A stretch of 64,000 nt of DNA from assembly GCA_963514005.1 (NCBI GenBank), contig OY740787.1:42594001-42658000 (forward strand), written 5' to 3'. The stretch is from Raja brachyura. Lineage: Eukaryota. Positions 24,991 through 37,480 of this stretch are shown here, one piece after another; position 1 is the first letter of the stretch, and every line of letters begins with the position of its first letter. The position numbers were made by a program, and so were the translations under genes. The notes under the pieces were generated by a model. The model was not told where the DNA came from, did no database searches, and saw nothing but the letters and a program-made list of their open reading frames with translations.

Positions 24991-25810
24991 GCGAGGAGGT
25001 GGTTTTAAGGAATTTCTTAAAGGAGGGGAGGGAGATGGCGAGGTTAATCAGTACAGTGGCTTACTCCTTGGAAACTGGAAGTGACGACCACAAGTGGTGG
25101 CGCAATGGAAATTAGTGTTAGACAAACAGGCTGGATATTTTAAAGTATCGTGGGGCTGGAGGAGGTTATAGTGTACGGAGCATGGAAGTCACAGAGGGAT
25201 AGGAATTCAAGGCTCAGAATTTAAACATAAAGCTGTTTTCAGTAAACTTCTGGGAGGTGGAGGGGGCTGGGTGCTAATAAGATTAAAAACAAAGACTCCT
25301 TCCTTCAAAAGCATTTGAACCATTTATGTCTCCAGAATATGTCACAATATAATTTCAAGATTTAAATAGGTGCTCTGGTGAAGGAAAGAAGACTGGTGAC
25401 CCTCTGCAGTTGGCTGACCAGGACCTCATCTGTATTTGGATGGCATCTGCTCCCCACATGTCACTTCCCTCATTAACAGGCAATTGAATTAATTAAATGT
25501 CACTCAGAAACCCGCATAACAAGCTACTGGCAGGGTCCAAATTAGTACTGATAATCAGGGACGATTTCCCTATTACAATTTTAAGTAGCGAGCAGCTTCA
25601 GATGTTTATTCTTCTGTTAAGCTCCTGCGCAGGCTTTGTTTCCCCCCCCCCCCTCTCCCAATATTTACCTAGCCCCAGGTTTATGTGGAAAACAGAGGTT
25701 ATTTTACCTATTTAATTTTCTTTGAGCAGGAAGCATGGCCAGTTGGTACACCGCACAGGCATACTGCTTGTGAATGCAGAGGCCCTTTTGTAGCCGAGCT
25801 CGCTGATAAA

Positions 25811-25958
25811 NNNNNNNNNNNNNNNNNNNNNNNNNNNNNNNNNNNNNNNNNNNNNNNNNNNNNNNNNNNNNNNNNNNNNNNNNNNNNNNNNNNNNNNNNN
25901 NNNNNNNNNNNNNNNNNNNNNNNNNNNNNNNNNNNNNNNNNNNNNNNNNNNNNNNNNN
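25811..25958. other. Assembly gap (148 N)
   Basis: Run of n. Confidence 1.
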
Positions 25959-26494
25959 TGTCAAGGTCCAGCATCGGCTCTTCTTTCAATTAAGTTCTCC
26001 CAGGCTTAATGGTATGAATAAACTCCTCCAATTTTATCATTCCTGCACTTGGATATTTAAGCTAGTAAGGCTTGACTTTATTTTTTAATCAACCCTCTTC
26101 TACTTGAGTGATCAGAGTAACGACAATTATTATGGGGCAATTTTGCCTTTTTTTTTCTATGCTAATGCTTGGAGGGGGAATTATCCTGACCATCGCAGCT
26201 TGCTATCCTGCTTCTGCGATCACTTGTCTCTCTCTGTATTAATTATCACATGAACATTACTGTTTTTTTCATTTGACAGATTTAATTAATTGGCATGAGC
26301 ACACAAAAATGACAGGGCCTCTAATTGTAACTCACCATAAATTACCGTCATTTCTTGTCAGTGGGCATGGTTCAGTCTTCGTAATTTGTTGGTGTTTTCC
26401 ATTTTGAATTTTTACGTTCTCTCTGGGATTGTGTGCAGTCCCTCTGTATGGAACCTTTTCAGTAGTGAAACTATTTTGGAATAAAGCAGAGAAT

Positions 26495-27560
26495 TGCATT
26501 TATGCAGTGCCTATCGCAACCTCTGGACACACCAACACATTTTACAGTCAATTACGTTTTTGTTGAAAATGTAATCACTTTGAAATGGAGGAAGCATAAC
26601 AACCAATTTGTGCACAGCAAGGTCCCATCAATAGTAATGTGATAATGACCAGATAATTTGTTTTTTGCAACATTAGTTGAGGGACAGGGCTTGCCTTAAG
26701 CCAATTGGACCACTCTCTCCCAATTGGGCCCCGCGCCAGAGTAATCTACTCTGGGCTCGGGTAGATCTACCCCGGGTGGAGGGGGGAGAGAGGGGTGGAG
26801 AGAGTAGAGGAGTGGAGGGGGAAGAAAGAGGTAGACGGGGAGGGGGGTGTGTGGGGTGAATGGAGAAAGGGGAGGGGGGAGGTAGGTCGTTCCCTCCAGT
26901 CGCCGTGCTTCACGCACACAGCCCCGGCTCCCCCCCACCCTCTCTCTCCCCGGGGAGACGCGGTAAACAGTACAGAGAGGGCTGGGCCGGGGGTTGGGGG
27001 GGGGGGAGCAACGTTTACAAATCTTAACCTCAGCTCTCACCAATCCGCCCGGACCCCGGCATCCGCTCAGAGGTGATCTACAATTTTGTTTGTTACTAGT
27101 AGGCTTACATTTATGCAATTTTATATTAAAATGTAGCTTATATCTGTTTGGTCCATTAACTTGCATGCACTTTTTAAACGTACATTTTGATTAGGAGATA
27201 TAAAGTCTATAATAAACTTTATTTATATTTCTATGATTCTACAGACCTTGGCTGGGAACCTGGGGCTCACCAAAATTGTTCCCAATTGGGCCCCGCACCT
27301 CCTAAGGCCGGCCCTGTTGAGGGATATTTATTGGCCATCGTGCCGGCAGGATCTCTGCTCTTTGTATAAGGCCACGTGGTCTTTAGTATTCTCTTGGAGA
27401 ACAGAAGGTGGCTACAACTCAATAGCACTGTTACTACTTCTGGATTAGTAGATTCAAATTCTAAACAAGAGATGAGAGCTCTTGCAATCTTATGCAATAG
27501 ACAGCACCTCTGGCAATGCAGTGCTCCCTCAATACCTCACTGCAGTGCCTGCCCAGATTT
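26495..27560 (-). mobile_element. Old Deu-domain SINE (SacSINE1/AmnSINE1-like), interrupted by a hAT MITE
   Basis: GCACAGCAAGGTCCCA...GTGATAATGACCAGATAAT...GTTGAGGGATA..TATTGGCCA...GCAGTGCTCCCTCAATAC, recalled as the reverse complement of the Deu-SINE consensus. Confidence 0.6.
26685..27316. mobile_element. hAT-superfamily MITE (632 bp)
   Basis: TIRs CAGGGCTTGCCTTAAG and CCTAAGGCCGGCCCTG. Perfect 8-bp TSD TTGAGGGA at 26677-26684 and 27317-27324. Confidence 0.9.
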
Positions 27561-27584
27561 TGCACTTGTAGGAAGATTTACACT

Positions 27585-27735
27585 AAGCGCTGGCGTAACT
27601 CAGTGGGTCAGACAACATCTTTGGAGAGAAAGGATGGATGACGTTTCGGGTCCGAACCCTTTAGACTGAAAGTAGAAAAGTGGGGGGGGGGGGGGGGGGG
27701 GGGGTGGAGGGGGGAACTGGATGTAGGAAAAGGCT
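27585..27735 (-). mobile_element. PLE-derived 3' fragment
   Basis: GTAACTCAGTGGGTCAGACAACATCT...GACGTTTCGGGTCCGAACCCTTTAGACTGAAAG. Confidence 0.7.
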
Positions 27736-27789
27736 TGTAGGACTCAAGTGTTGTGGGACTTGGGTTTACACTCCCAGTAGTGGTAATGC

Positions 27790-28066
27790 GGCACAGTAGT
27801 GATTTACTGCCTTACAGTGTCCAGGTTCGATCCTGACCACAGCCGCTGTCTGTACAATGTTTGCTTGTTCTCCTTGTGACCACATGGGTTTCCTCTGTGT
27901 ATTTTCCCACATTCCAAAGATGTGCAGGTTTGTAGGTTAATTGGCTTTTGTAAATTGCCCCTAATGTGTTGGATGCGAAAGTGGGATAATACAGAATTAT
28001 TGTAGGAGTCATTGTTGGTTGACGTAGACCAAAGGGCCTGTTTCCATGTTTTTTCTCTAAACTAAA
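27790..28066 (+). mobile_element. HE1 SINE
   Basis: CTGCCTTACAG..GGTTCGATCCTGAC B-box, GTAGGTTAATTGGC core and AAGGGCCTGTTTCC...CTCTAAACTAAAC tail. Confidence 0.85.
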
Positions 28067-28509
28067 CAAATCTACTGAAACATGGCTTCCATACTTCCAC
28101 CAGTATTGCTTGCACCTTTATGTGGATGTTAACAAGTTGGGCAGTGCAAGGTCGCAGCAGTTGGAGCCGTTGCCTCACGGTTCCCAGGATCTTAGTTTTG
28201 TGCTCCTGAATCTTCAATCTGCATCGTTGAGCTGCTAGTTCTACCCTTCTTTCATCATGTCCCGTTAAATGCAATAATGTCATATTCCCCTGTGCTGATC
28301 ACCACGTTAAGTTCATCTGCCTCATCAGTCAGGCTTCTTCAATTACAGAAGATGGAAGTTAGCCGTCCAGTGCTCCCATGTCCCATGTTTGCCCTCCAAC
28401 TGGACTGAACTCGTTTTTCTTCTATGTTTGACTAAACTTCGTCCCTCACTCCATGTCCACCATTTTCTGCCCCACTACCAAATTAGTTTGAACCCTCCCC
28501 AACAACACC

Positions 28510-30455
28510 AACAAATACCAGGCCATAATCTCACAGAGCATTGCTGATTTTATCACTTCCGGCTGTCTGCCTGCAAAAGCCTCCAATCTTATTGTTCCCC
28601 AGCCCCGCACGGCCTGGTTTTACCTTCTCCCCAAAATCCATAAACATAACTGACCTGGCAGATCTATTGTTTCTGCCTGCTCCTGTCCTACTAAAATGAA
28701 TTCCACATACCTCGACTCTATCCTATCCCCCCCGATCTAATCTCTCCCGACCTATGTCCAAGATACTTCACAAGCCCTTCGTCTCTTTAATGACCTGCTT
28801 TCCGTCCCCACTCTATCATCTTTACTCTGGATGTCCAGTCACTCTATACCTCCACCTCACACCAGGAAGGCTTAAAGCCCTTCGTTTCTTCCTCGACCGC
28901 ACCACCAGCCAATTTCCCACGACTAACACTCTCCTCCGCCTAGCGGAGCTGGTCCTCACCCTTAACAACTTCTCCTTCGACTCCTCCCATTTCCTCCAAA
29001 TCAAAGGCATAGCTGTGGGCACTGGTATGAGCCCCAGCTATGCCTGCCTCTTTATAGGGTACGTTGAGCAATTCCTGTTCCAGGTATACACTGGTCATAT
29101 CCCCAAACTCAATCTTCGTTTCATTGACGACTGCATCGGTGCCACCTCCTGTACCCATGCAGACTCATGGACTTTATTAACTTCACCACCAATGTCCATC
29201 CTGTACTCAAATTCACTTGGACACCTCCCTTCCCTTTCTTGATTCACTCCGACACATCCCTTCCCTTTCTTGATCTCACCGTCTCCATCGCAGGAGATAG
29301 ACAATCGACTGACATTTATTACAAACCCACTGACTCCCACAACTATCTCGACTACACTTCTTCCCACCCTGCTTCCTGCAAAGACTCTATCCCCTACTCC
29401 CAATTCCTCCGTCTGCGCCGCATCTGTGCCCAAGATGAGGTGTTCCATACCAGGACATCTGAGATGTCCTCATTCCTTAGTGAATGGGGGTTGCCCTCTT
29501 CCATCTTAGATGATGTCCTCACACGTGTCTCCTTGGTACCCCACGGCTCCCCCTCCCCTAGTCCTTACCTTTCACCCCATCAGCTGATGCATACAACACA
29601 TAATCCTCCATTTTTGCCACCTCCTATGGGACCCCACCACTGGACGCATCGTCCCACCTCCACCTCTTTCCGCCTTCCGCAGTGACCGTTCCCTCTGCAA
29701 CTCCCTGGTTAATTCATCCCTTCCCACCCAAATCACCCCCTCCTCAGGTACCTTCTCCTCCAAATGCAGAAGATGCAACACCTGTCCCTATACCCCCTCC
29801 CTCGACTCTATCCAGGGAACCTGACGGTCCATTCAGGTTAGGCAGAGGTTCACTTGCACCTCCCCCAACGTCATCTACAGTATCCGTTGTTCAAGATGTG
29901 GACTTTTATATATCGGCGAGACCATACGTAGACTGGGTGATCGTTTCCCTAAACACTTCTGCCTGGACCTACCTGATCTCCCAGTTTCTAAACACTTTAA
30001 TTCCCCTTCCCATTCCCACACTGGCCTTTGTGTCCTAGGCCTCCTCCATTGTCGGAGTGAGGCTAAACGTAAATTCTAGAAACAGCATCTCATATTTCGC
30101 TTGGGCAGAAATATTGATTTCTTTAGGTTCAAGAAACTCCTGCATCCCCTCTCTCTCCATGCCTCCCCCACCCTAGTCACACCAGCTTTTTGTTCGCACC
30201 TAGCAAACAGCTAGCAATGGCCTGTTTCCTTTATCATTGTTAATTTTTTGCATATCTTTCAATCATTTTCTCTATATCTTTCTACACCATCGTCCATATC
30301 TCTCGTTTCCCTTTCCCGTTACTTTCAGGCTGAAGTAGAGTCTCGACCCAAAACGTCACCCATTCCTTCTCTCCAGAGATGCTGCCTGTCCCGCTGAGTT
30401 ACTCCAGAATTTTGTGTCTATCGTCGGTTTAAACCAGCATCTGCAGTTCCTTCCT
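28510..30455 (+). mobile_element. 5'-truncated, frameshifted Penelope-like retroelement (Neptune type): RT, Cys-rich linker, GIY-YIG endonuclease, 3' hammerhead-like tail
   Basis: FYLLPKIHK; LAELVLTLNNFSFD...QIKGIAVGT; LRFIDDCIG; FLDLTVSI...IYYKPTDSHNYL; CRRCNTCP; NVIYSIRCSRCGLLYIGET (about 29867-29923). Confidence 0.93.
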
Positions 30456-31599
30456 CTAAACTTCCCATGAAGGATGTTGGATCCATTACGGTTCAGGCGC
30501 AATTCACCTTGCTGGTACAGGTCCAACCTACTCCAAAATGGTCCCAGTGATCCAATAAGCCAAAACCCTCCCTCATGCACGCATTAATCTGACCTAACAT
30601 TCTATCCTCTACTCAGAATCACATGGCAGTGGGAGTAATCCAGAGATTACAACCTTGGAGGTCCTGCTCGTTAATCGACTACCTAACTCCCTAAATTATC
30701 ACAGCACCATATCCCTTCTTCTACCCACATGTGCCACTGTCTGTACAGCTATTGCTTGCAGTGTTTAGTTAAAAACTTTAAGTGCTATCCAAGCAGAGAA
30801 TACCATACATGAATACAGTAGGTAGTGCAAAAGAGAAAAATAAAAAGAGTGCATAATAAAGTATTGCCTGAAGATAGCTGGACATTTTTCCATCTTAATC
30901 CTGTTATTGGAGAACCAATCCATGAAACTGTCTCCCTTAACGTGTGATGAGTGGAAACCACCATTTGTACTAAAACAAGTATGATTTTAAGACTTAGTAG
31001 TAAATGGTCCAGAATCTCTACTGGTACTAGTGAAAATTAATGGGTCTTAATTAAACATAGTTCATAGGTCATTGCTATCTAGATTATTGTTCTGGTTCTC
31101 TGTTATATAGATAGAACTGTGATTCAGTGACTAGAATTGTTCTACTTTAACTGAATAAGATTGGAAACCAAAGTGACTGCAACATCTGCAATAGATTCGG
31201 ATGCCTAACATATCCCAATAATAGTCAACAATCTCGGAACCACTTCAAAGAATATTGTGAGAATTGTGTTAATTTGTTTGTGAGCCAATTCTTCTACTGG
31301 ATGATTTGATAAAGAAACAGGCAAAGAGCAGCAGAGTTTGAAAGTGAGCCTTTATTGTTAGATTAACTCACAGAAGTCAGCAAAGCAATGTGTGTTTGGC
31401 ATTAAGACTGAAGATACTTGTTCAGGCATTTAAAACATTTAAGCTTTGTTATTTTTATGCACACAAATTTTCCTAATCTGATCAGAAATTTGAGTTAGAA
31501 GATTTAATTTAAAGAAAAGACTTTCATTTATTTCATGCCCTTCATGACTTCAGGGCTTCCCGAAGCATCTTCCAGCCAATTTCGAGGTGTAGTCATTAT

Positions 31600-32005
31600 T
31601 GCAATCATAGAACTACAGAATAATGCAACTCAGAGGAAGACCACATGTCCTGTAAAGTTGGTGTTAGATCTTCCAGTTCAGTTTGTCCCTCTCCCTTGTT
31701 CCCCCTCCCCCTCCCACAATTCCTGCAATACTTTCTCCTTTGGGTATTTATCCAATTTCCTTTAGAAATATATTATTACATTTCTATCCAACACTGTAAC
31801 AGGACATGCATTCCAAATCCTAACCACTCTTTGCTTTAGATGACTGATTCTGATGTCCAACACCTTAAATCTGTGCATTATGGTTTTCAAAACGTTTAGC
31901 TCTGGAAATATGTTTTTGTTATACACTCGAACTCCCCTTGTGATTTTAAACACCTCTATCAAATCGCTATCTGTGCTCACCCGGGAACCCAGCACCTACT
32001 CTGCC
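31600..32005 (-). mobile_element. Old CR1 3' fragment
   Basis: DLIEVFKITRG...QRVVRIWNACP on the minus strand. Confidence 0.7.
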
Positions 32006-32129
32006 ATAGTCATAGATGCAGCATGGAAACAATCCCTTCAGACCACTGAGTCCATGCCGACCATCAACTACCTATTTACGCTAATCCTATTAAAAATCCT
32101 ATGTTTTATTTTCCCACATTTTCATCCGC

Positions 32130-32690
32130 ATGAAATTGCAGAGAGTTGTCACAGATCCTTCCGTTTGTACCCCAGACCGTCACCCAAATCAACCTCTCTT
32201 CCATGGACTGCATCTACACTTCACGCTGCCTTGGAAAGACCACCAGTGTAATCAAGGACCAATCACCCCGATCACTCCCTCTTCCATCAGGCAAGTGGTA
32301 CAGAAGCCTCAAAACACAGATACCTCCAGAATGGGGCTAAGAGCGGAAGATAAATGGTTGAATGGCGGAGTAGATATGATGGGTCTAATTCTGCTCCTAT
32401 CATTTATGAAGATTCAGGGGCAGTTGCTTCCGGCTGTTATTAGGCAACTGAACCGTCCTCTCACCAGCTAGAATACGGTCCTAACTTCTCATCTACCTCA
32501 TTGCAGACCTTTGAACTATCTTTAACTATCTTTAAGTTGCACTAAATGTTATACCATTTATCCTGTATTTGTATATTGTGGATTGTAATCATGAATAGTC
32601 TTTTCATTGACTGAATCGCATGCACCATTATGCTTTTCACTGTACCTCGGTACATATGACAATAATAAACTTAACTAAATTAAAATTCAA
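32130..32690 (+). mobile_element. Rex1/Babar-like LINE 3' end inserted into a minus-strand HE1 SINE
   Basis: KLQRVV; IYTSRCLGKTTSVIKDQS..PLPSGKWYRSLKT; tail GACAATAATAAAC(TTAAC/TAAAT). Confidence 0.7.
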
Positions 32691-32769
32691 CTCCTAGATT
32701 CTACCACTCACCCGAGCTATAGGAACAGTTTACAGCAGCCAATTAAGCTATCAACCTGCATGTCATTAT

Positions 32770-34205
32770 GATAGGAAAATAGGTGCAGGAGTAGGCCATT
32801 CGGCCCTTCAAGCCTGCTCCGCCATTCAATGTGATCATGGCTGATCAGCCAACTCAGTATCCCGTACCTGCCTTCTCTCCATACCCCCTGATCCCTTTAG
32901 CCACAAGTGCCACATCTAACGCCCTCTTAAATATAGCCAATGAACTGGCCTCAACTACCTTCTGTGGCAGAGAATTCCAGAGACTCACCACTCTCTGTGT
33001 AAAGAATGTTTTCCTCATCTCAGTCCTAAAGGAATTCCCCCTTATCCTTAGACTGTGACCCCTTGTTCTGGACTCCCCCAACATCGGGAACAATCCTCCA
33101 GCATCTAGCTTGTCCAACCCCTTAAGAATTTTGTAAGTTTCTATAAGATCCCCCCTCAATCTTCTAAATTCCAGCGAGTACAAGCCGAGTCTATCCAATC
33201 TTTCCTCATATGAAAGTCCTGACATCCCAGGAATCAGTCTGGTGAATCTTCTCTGTACCCCCTCTATGGCAAGAATGTCTTTCCTCAGATTTGGAGACCA
33301 AAACTGTACGCAATACTCCAGGTGTGGCCTCACCAAAACCCTGTACAACTGCAGTAGAACCTCCCTGCTCCTGTACTCAAATCCTTTCGCGATGAATGCT
33401 AACATACCATTTGCTTTCTTCACTACCTGCATGCCTACTTTCAATGACTGGTGTACCATGACACCCAGGCCTCGTTGCATCTCCCCTTTTCCCAATCTGC
33501 CACCATTCAGATAATAGTCTACCCTCATGTTTTTGGCACCAAAGTGGATAACCTCACATTATCCACATTATACTGCATCTGCCATGCATCTACCCATTAC
33601 TCAGCCTATCCAAATCACCCTGAAGCCTCCAAGCATCCTCCTCACACCTAACTATACCCCCCAGCTTGGTGTCATCTGCAAATTTGGAGATGTTTCATTG
33701 AATTCCTTCGTCCAAATCATTAATATATATTGTAAATAGCTGGGGTCCCAGCACTGAGCCTTGCGGTACCCCACTAGTCACTGCCTGCCATTCTGAAAAG
33801 GACCCGTTTACTCCTACTCTTTGCTTCCTGTCTGCTAGCCAGTTCTCTATCTACATCAATACTGAACCCCCATTACCATGTGCTTTAGGTTTGTATGCTA
33901 ATCTCTTATGCGGAACCTTGTCAAAAGCCTTCTGAAAGTCTAGATATAACACATCCACTGGTTCTCCCTTATCCACTCTACTAGTTACATCCTCGTAAAA
34001 TTCTATCAGCCAACTCAGTATCCTGTACCTGCCTTCTCTCCATACCCCCTGATCCCTGATTTGTCAGACATGATTTACCTTTCGTAAATCCATGCTGACT
34101 TTGTCCAATGATTTCACCACTTTCCAAATGCGCTGCTGTCCCATCTTTAATAACTGACTTTAGCAGCTTCCCCACTACCAATGTTAGACTACCCACTACC
34201 GATGT
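32770..34205 (-). mobile_element. Young CR1/HER1 LINE, 5'-truncated ORF2 (RT to C-terminus)
   Basis: 224-aa ORF 32854-33528 (KKANGMLAFI...LVRPHLEYCVQFWSP...FFTQRVVSLWNSLPQ) and upstream QHGFTKGKSCLTN. Confidence 0.95.
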
Positions 34206-36039
34206 TAGATGTGTGCGGAAACCAGAGCGTCTGTAGTCACCACAGAATATGCAAACATCACACAGGCAACATCTGAGGTCTGGTCACCGGCACAATGAGC
34301 TGTCTACCATTGCTCTACCAGCAACACCACTGTGCTATCCAACAACATGCATCAAGATCCCAATGAAGGCTAATTTGACTGATATCAGGTAAACTATTTG
34401 AGAGATCTAGGCTGAGAGATAGGTGTTGGTCAAATGTGAAAACTCTTCTGATTCTCATTAGAACATGGGATTGTTTGCATAAACTGAGAGGCTAGAAGTC
34501 TTATGTTTAACATCATATATGAGAAGCAGTGCAAACGTCCGTTGTGTTCTATCCCGTAGCATTAAGAGAAGCAGAGGCAAAATTTGTAACATGCAGACAT
34601 TCATCGTGTGAAGTCACTCTATTTTGTGTTCATTTCCCAAGTCACAGATCCTTCCATTGGTACCTGTTTGTTGAAACCATGTTCAGATTCCAAAAATAAA
34701 TCATAATGGTCTGCACTCCCAATATACAATGTTTGAATATTGTATCTTTTCAGGTTATATTTTAGAAAGGCACTGTCAGGGGTTTGAAAATTAACTTTAG
34801 GTAGCAATCCCGTTGAAAACCTCATTGTTTCCTGAGCTCTTTGTTTTGAAGATCATGTATTATTTGATTTTAAATTAACTGCATTATAGATTATTGCAAA
34901 ACAATGAATGCATTGTTCTCAGGCTTTCTTTTCCTTTGTTAAACTCAAAAAGGGTTAGGATTCATGAAATTACTTGATAAATTGGCAAAAAATAGTTGTG
35001 TGTTTGGTCTTTACGAATGCTGTTTCTTTGTAACTATTGTAAAAAAAAATCAAATTCGTCATCTAGAGCGTTAATGAAGGAGAGAATTGGCAGAAAAATT
35101 AGCAATATTTTTTGTATGGTCTGAGCTTGCCCCTCTCCCCCCCCCCCCCCCCGTCTTGGAGAGATTTATAATGCACGGTAGCATCCTGGACCTCGGATCT
35201 TTACCTTTATTTATTGCCTTGTGCTTTGTTACCCAAGATATTTTGTGCTTGCATTAAGTATTAGTTGATGGAAGTTGCAATAAACACAGAGAGTTTTTTG
35301 CAACTATGATTGTTGTTTTCGAGTGGTGGCAAAACAAAAGCTATTTCTTTAACACACATGAGTATCTCCAAGAAAAGAGGAAGTCCACGAAGTGAGTTGC
35401 AAGAGAATCAGGGAAAGTATTGGAGAAGAGAGTCTTGGGTGGATGAGGTTTCAAGAAGATAATAATAGGAAAATAACTTCTGAGAGAAAATAACAAGAAG
35501 AGTTGAAAAGAAAATTTGTAGAGGGTCAGAGGGAAGTGCAGGCCAGGAGGAAGTTCTGCAAGAGGCGAGGGGGTGGGGCTGTAAAGAGGAATGTAAGAAG
35601 TGTTGTTGTCAGAGATGACCATGGGGTGGTTGCAGAACCAATCTGAGGTGCCGAGTTTAATTTTATCAGATTTGTTTTGGGACAAGACGGATATGGTTCT
35701 CCAATAATGACTAATTTAAAAACTTTTTGAGAATTGAATGCTTGAAGGGATTTGTCTCTTCTAATTCCTGAACAGCTATTTAAGGAACAATTGATTTTTA
35801 CACTTCTTTTGTGGGCATATCATTTTGCACATTTTAGATTTTATATTGCAGTATTTTCAGGTTTATCATATTTTATATTCGCATAATTTTTGTCAGTAAA
35901 GGTAGGTAGTTCCAAAGAAGATCATGATTGAATAAATTTGGTGCTGAGATGAAGTTGCACAGACAATAACAAGGAGGAGGTTTACAGGAGTGAATATTGT
36001 ATGGGACTGGGAGCTAGGGTTATTCACCGATGTTACAGG

Positions 36040-36325
36040 GGCTTGTAGGAGATGATGCCTCACAGCACCACCAGAACGGGTTCAGTCCCAACCTCGGAAA
36101 TTGTCTAAGTTGAGTTTGCACATTCTCACCATGACTAGATGGTTTTCTCCATGGAGGTTGGTCGATTACTTGGCCATGTAAATTGCCCCGAGTGTGTAGT
36201 AGGTGAGTGGTAGAATCCAGAAGAAAGTCAATAGGAATATGGAGAGAATAAAATGAGATTTGGAACGAATTAGTGTAAATGGTTCCCACAGACTTGGTGG
36301 GTCTTTTCTGTGCCGTTGGACTCAA
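36040..36325 (+). mobile_element. HE1-type SINE, diverged
   Basis: TGCCTCACAGCACCA head, GAGTTTGCACATTCTC, GTAAATTGCCCC. Confidence 0.6.
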
Positions 36326-36714
36326 ATGGCTGTATTAGAATGGGGTTCAAGGCAGAGAAGGTCCAAGTTTAAAATATTGATGCCTCTGATGTAGAGGCTC
36401 ATAGAGAACAGTTACAAAGGAATACCATCCCCTCCTAATCTTGACAAATTGATAATCGGCATGGATGGGATAGGGCCAAAGAGTCAATTTCTGGTCAATG
36501 TGGCTCTACAACTCCACAACTAAATAGCTTATCATTCTGGCTGCTCCTTTATTGTTACTGGGTCAAAATGGTTAAACATCCTTCTGGACACCAGTCCAAG
36601 GCATCCTTCATCACTAGCACTGCAGTGGTTTATAAAGGCAGTTTACCTTTACATTCATGGGAACCACTAGGGATATGGAAGGATATCAAAAGATGCACCG
36701 GAACAAATCCTTTT

Positions 36715-37480
36715 GGACCTTTACTGTTTAAGTGTCTGCCTTAATGTTTCTGAAACATTGTGATTGCATCTGGTTCTACTACGTCATCTGGCAGTGTGTT
36801 CCACATATAAACCACTCTCTGTGTAAAAAGCATATAAACTATATAAAACACTCTCCTTGCTCTCACTTAAACTCCATGCCCTCTTTTTTTTTAATACCTT
36901 TATCATAGGAAAAATATTTTGACGATGTGCCCTGTCCAAACCTCATAATCTTGCATACTTTTGTCAGCTCACCCCTCAGTTTTCTTTGCTCCAGGGAAAA
37001 CAAACCAAGCCAGTCCAGTCTCTCTCCATAATTAAAGTCCTCCGTTTCAGGCAACATCTTGGTGAATCTCTTCTGCACTCCCTTATGTACAATCACTTCC
37101 TGAGAGTGTGGCAACCAGAGCTGCACACAATATCCCAAGTGCACCTGTGTTTTATAAAGTTGCAACCCAACACTATACTTCTTTTTTCAAGATTATTTAG
37201 CTTCTTCTGACAAACTCTTATGAATCCCACGTTATTATTACGGTATAACCTACGAGCAGTAACTTTATATTCTATGCCTTGAAATATGAAGGCAAGCATG
37301 CCATATGCCTTCTTCACCCCATACATCTGTGTTGCGACTTTCAGGGAACTTCAGACTCTGGCAAGGCCTCTCAGCATTTCTAAATATCCTAACATTTACT
37401 GTATCTGTGCTACCCTTGCTTGACTACTTAAAATGTATCATCTTATACTTGTCGGGATTAAATTCCATCATTGAATTCTG
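36715..37480 (-). mobile_element. CR1 LINE 3' fragment
   Basis: VKKAYGMLAFI; VQKRFTKMLPE..ERLDWLGLFSLEQRKLRG; FNPDKYKMIHF. Confidence 0.85.

Noticed and set aside
25685-25993. ORFs spanning the N run
   Set aside because: Artefacts of translating the gap.
26696-27166. 156-aa proline-rich minus-strand ORF
   Set aside because: Lies inside the hAT MITE; low-complexity G/C tract.
27790-27850. tRNA gene (GGTTCGATCC B-box)
   Set aside because: It is the tRNA-derived head of an HE1 SINE; no complete cloverleaf.
28754-30038. Active Penelope retrotransposon or a prokaryotic-type RT system (retron, DGR)
   Set aside because: Split across frames by frameshifts and stops, 5'-truncated, and clearly a eukaryotic PLE in a vertebrate intron.
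32854-33528. Longest ORF (224 aa) as a host or domesticated gene
   Set aside because: CR1 ORF2 C-terminus in a truncated copy with upstream disruptions.
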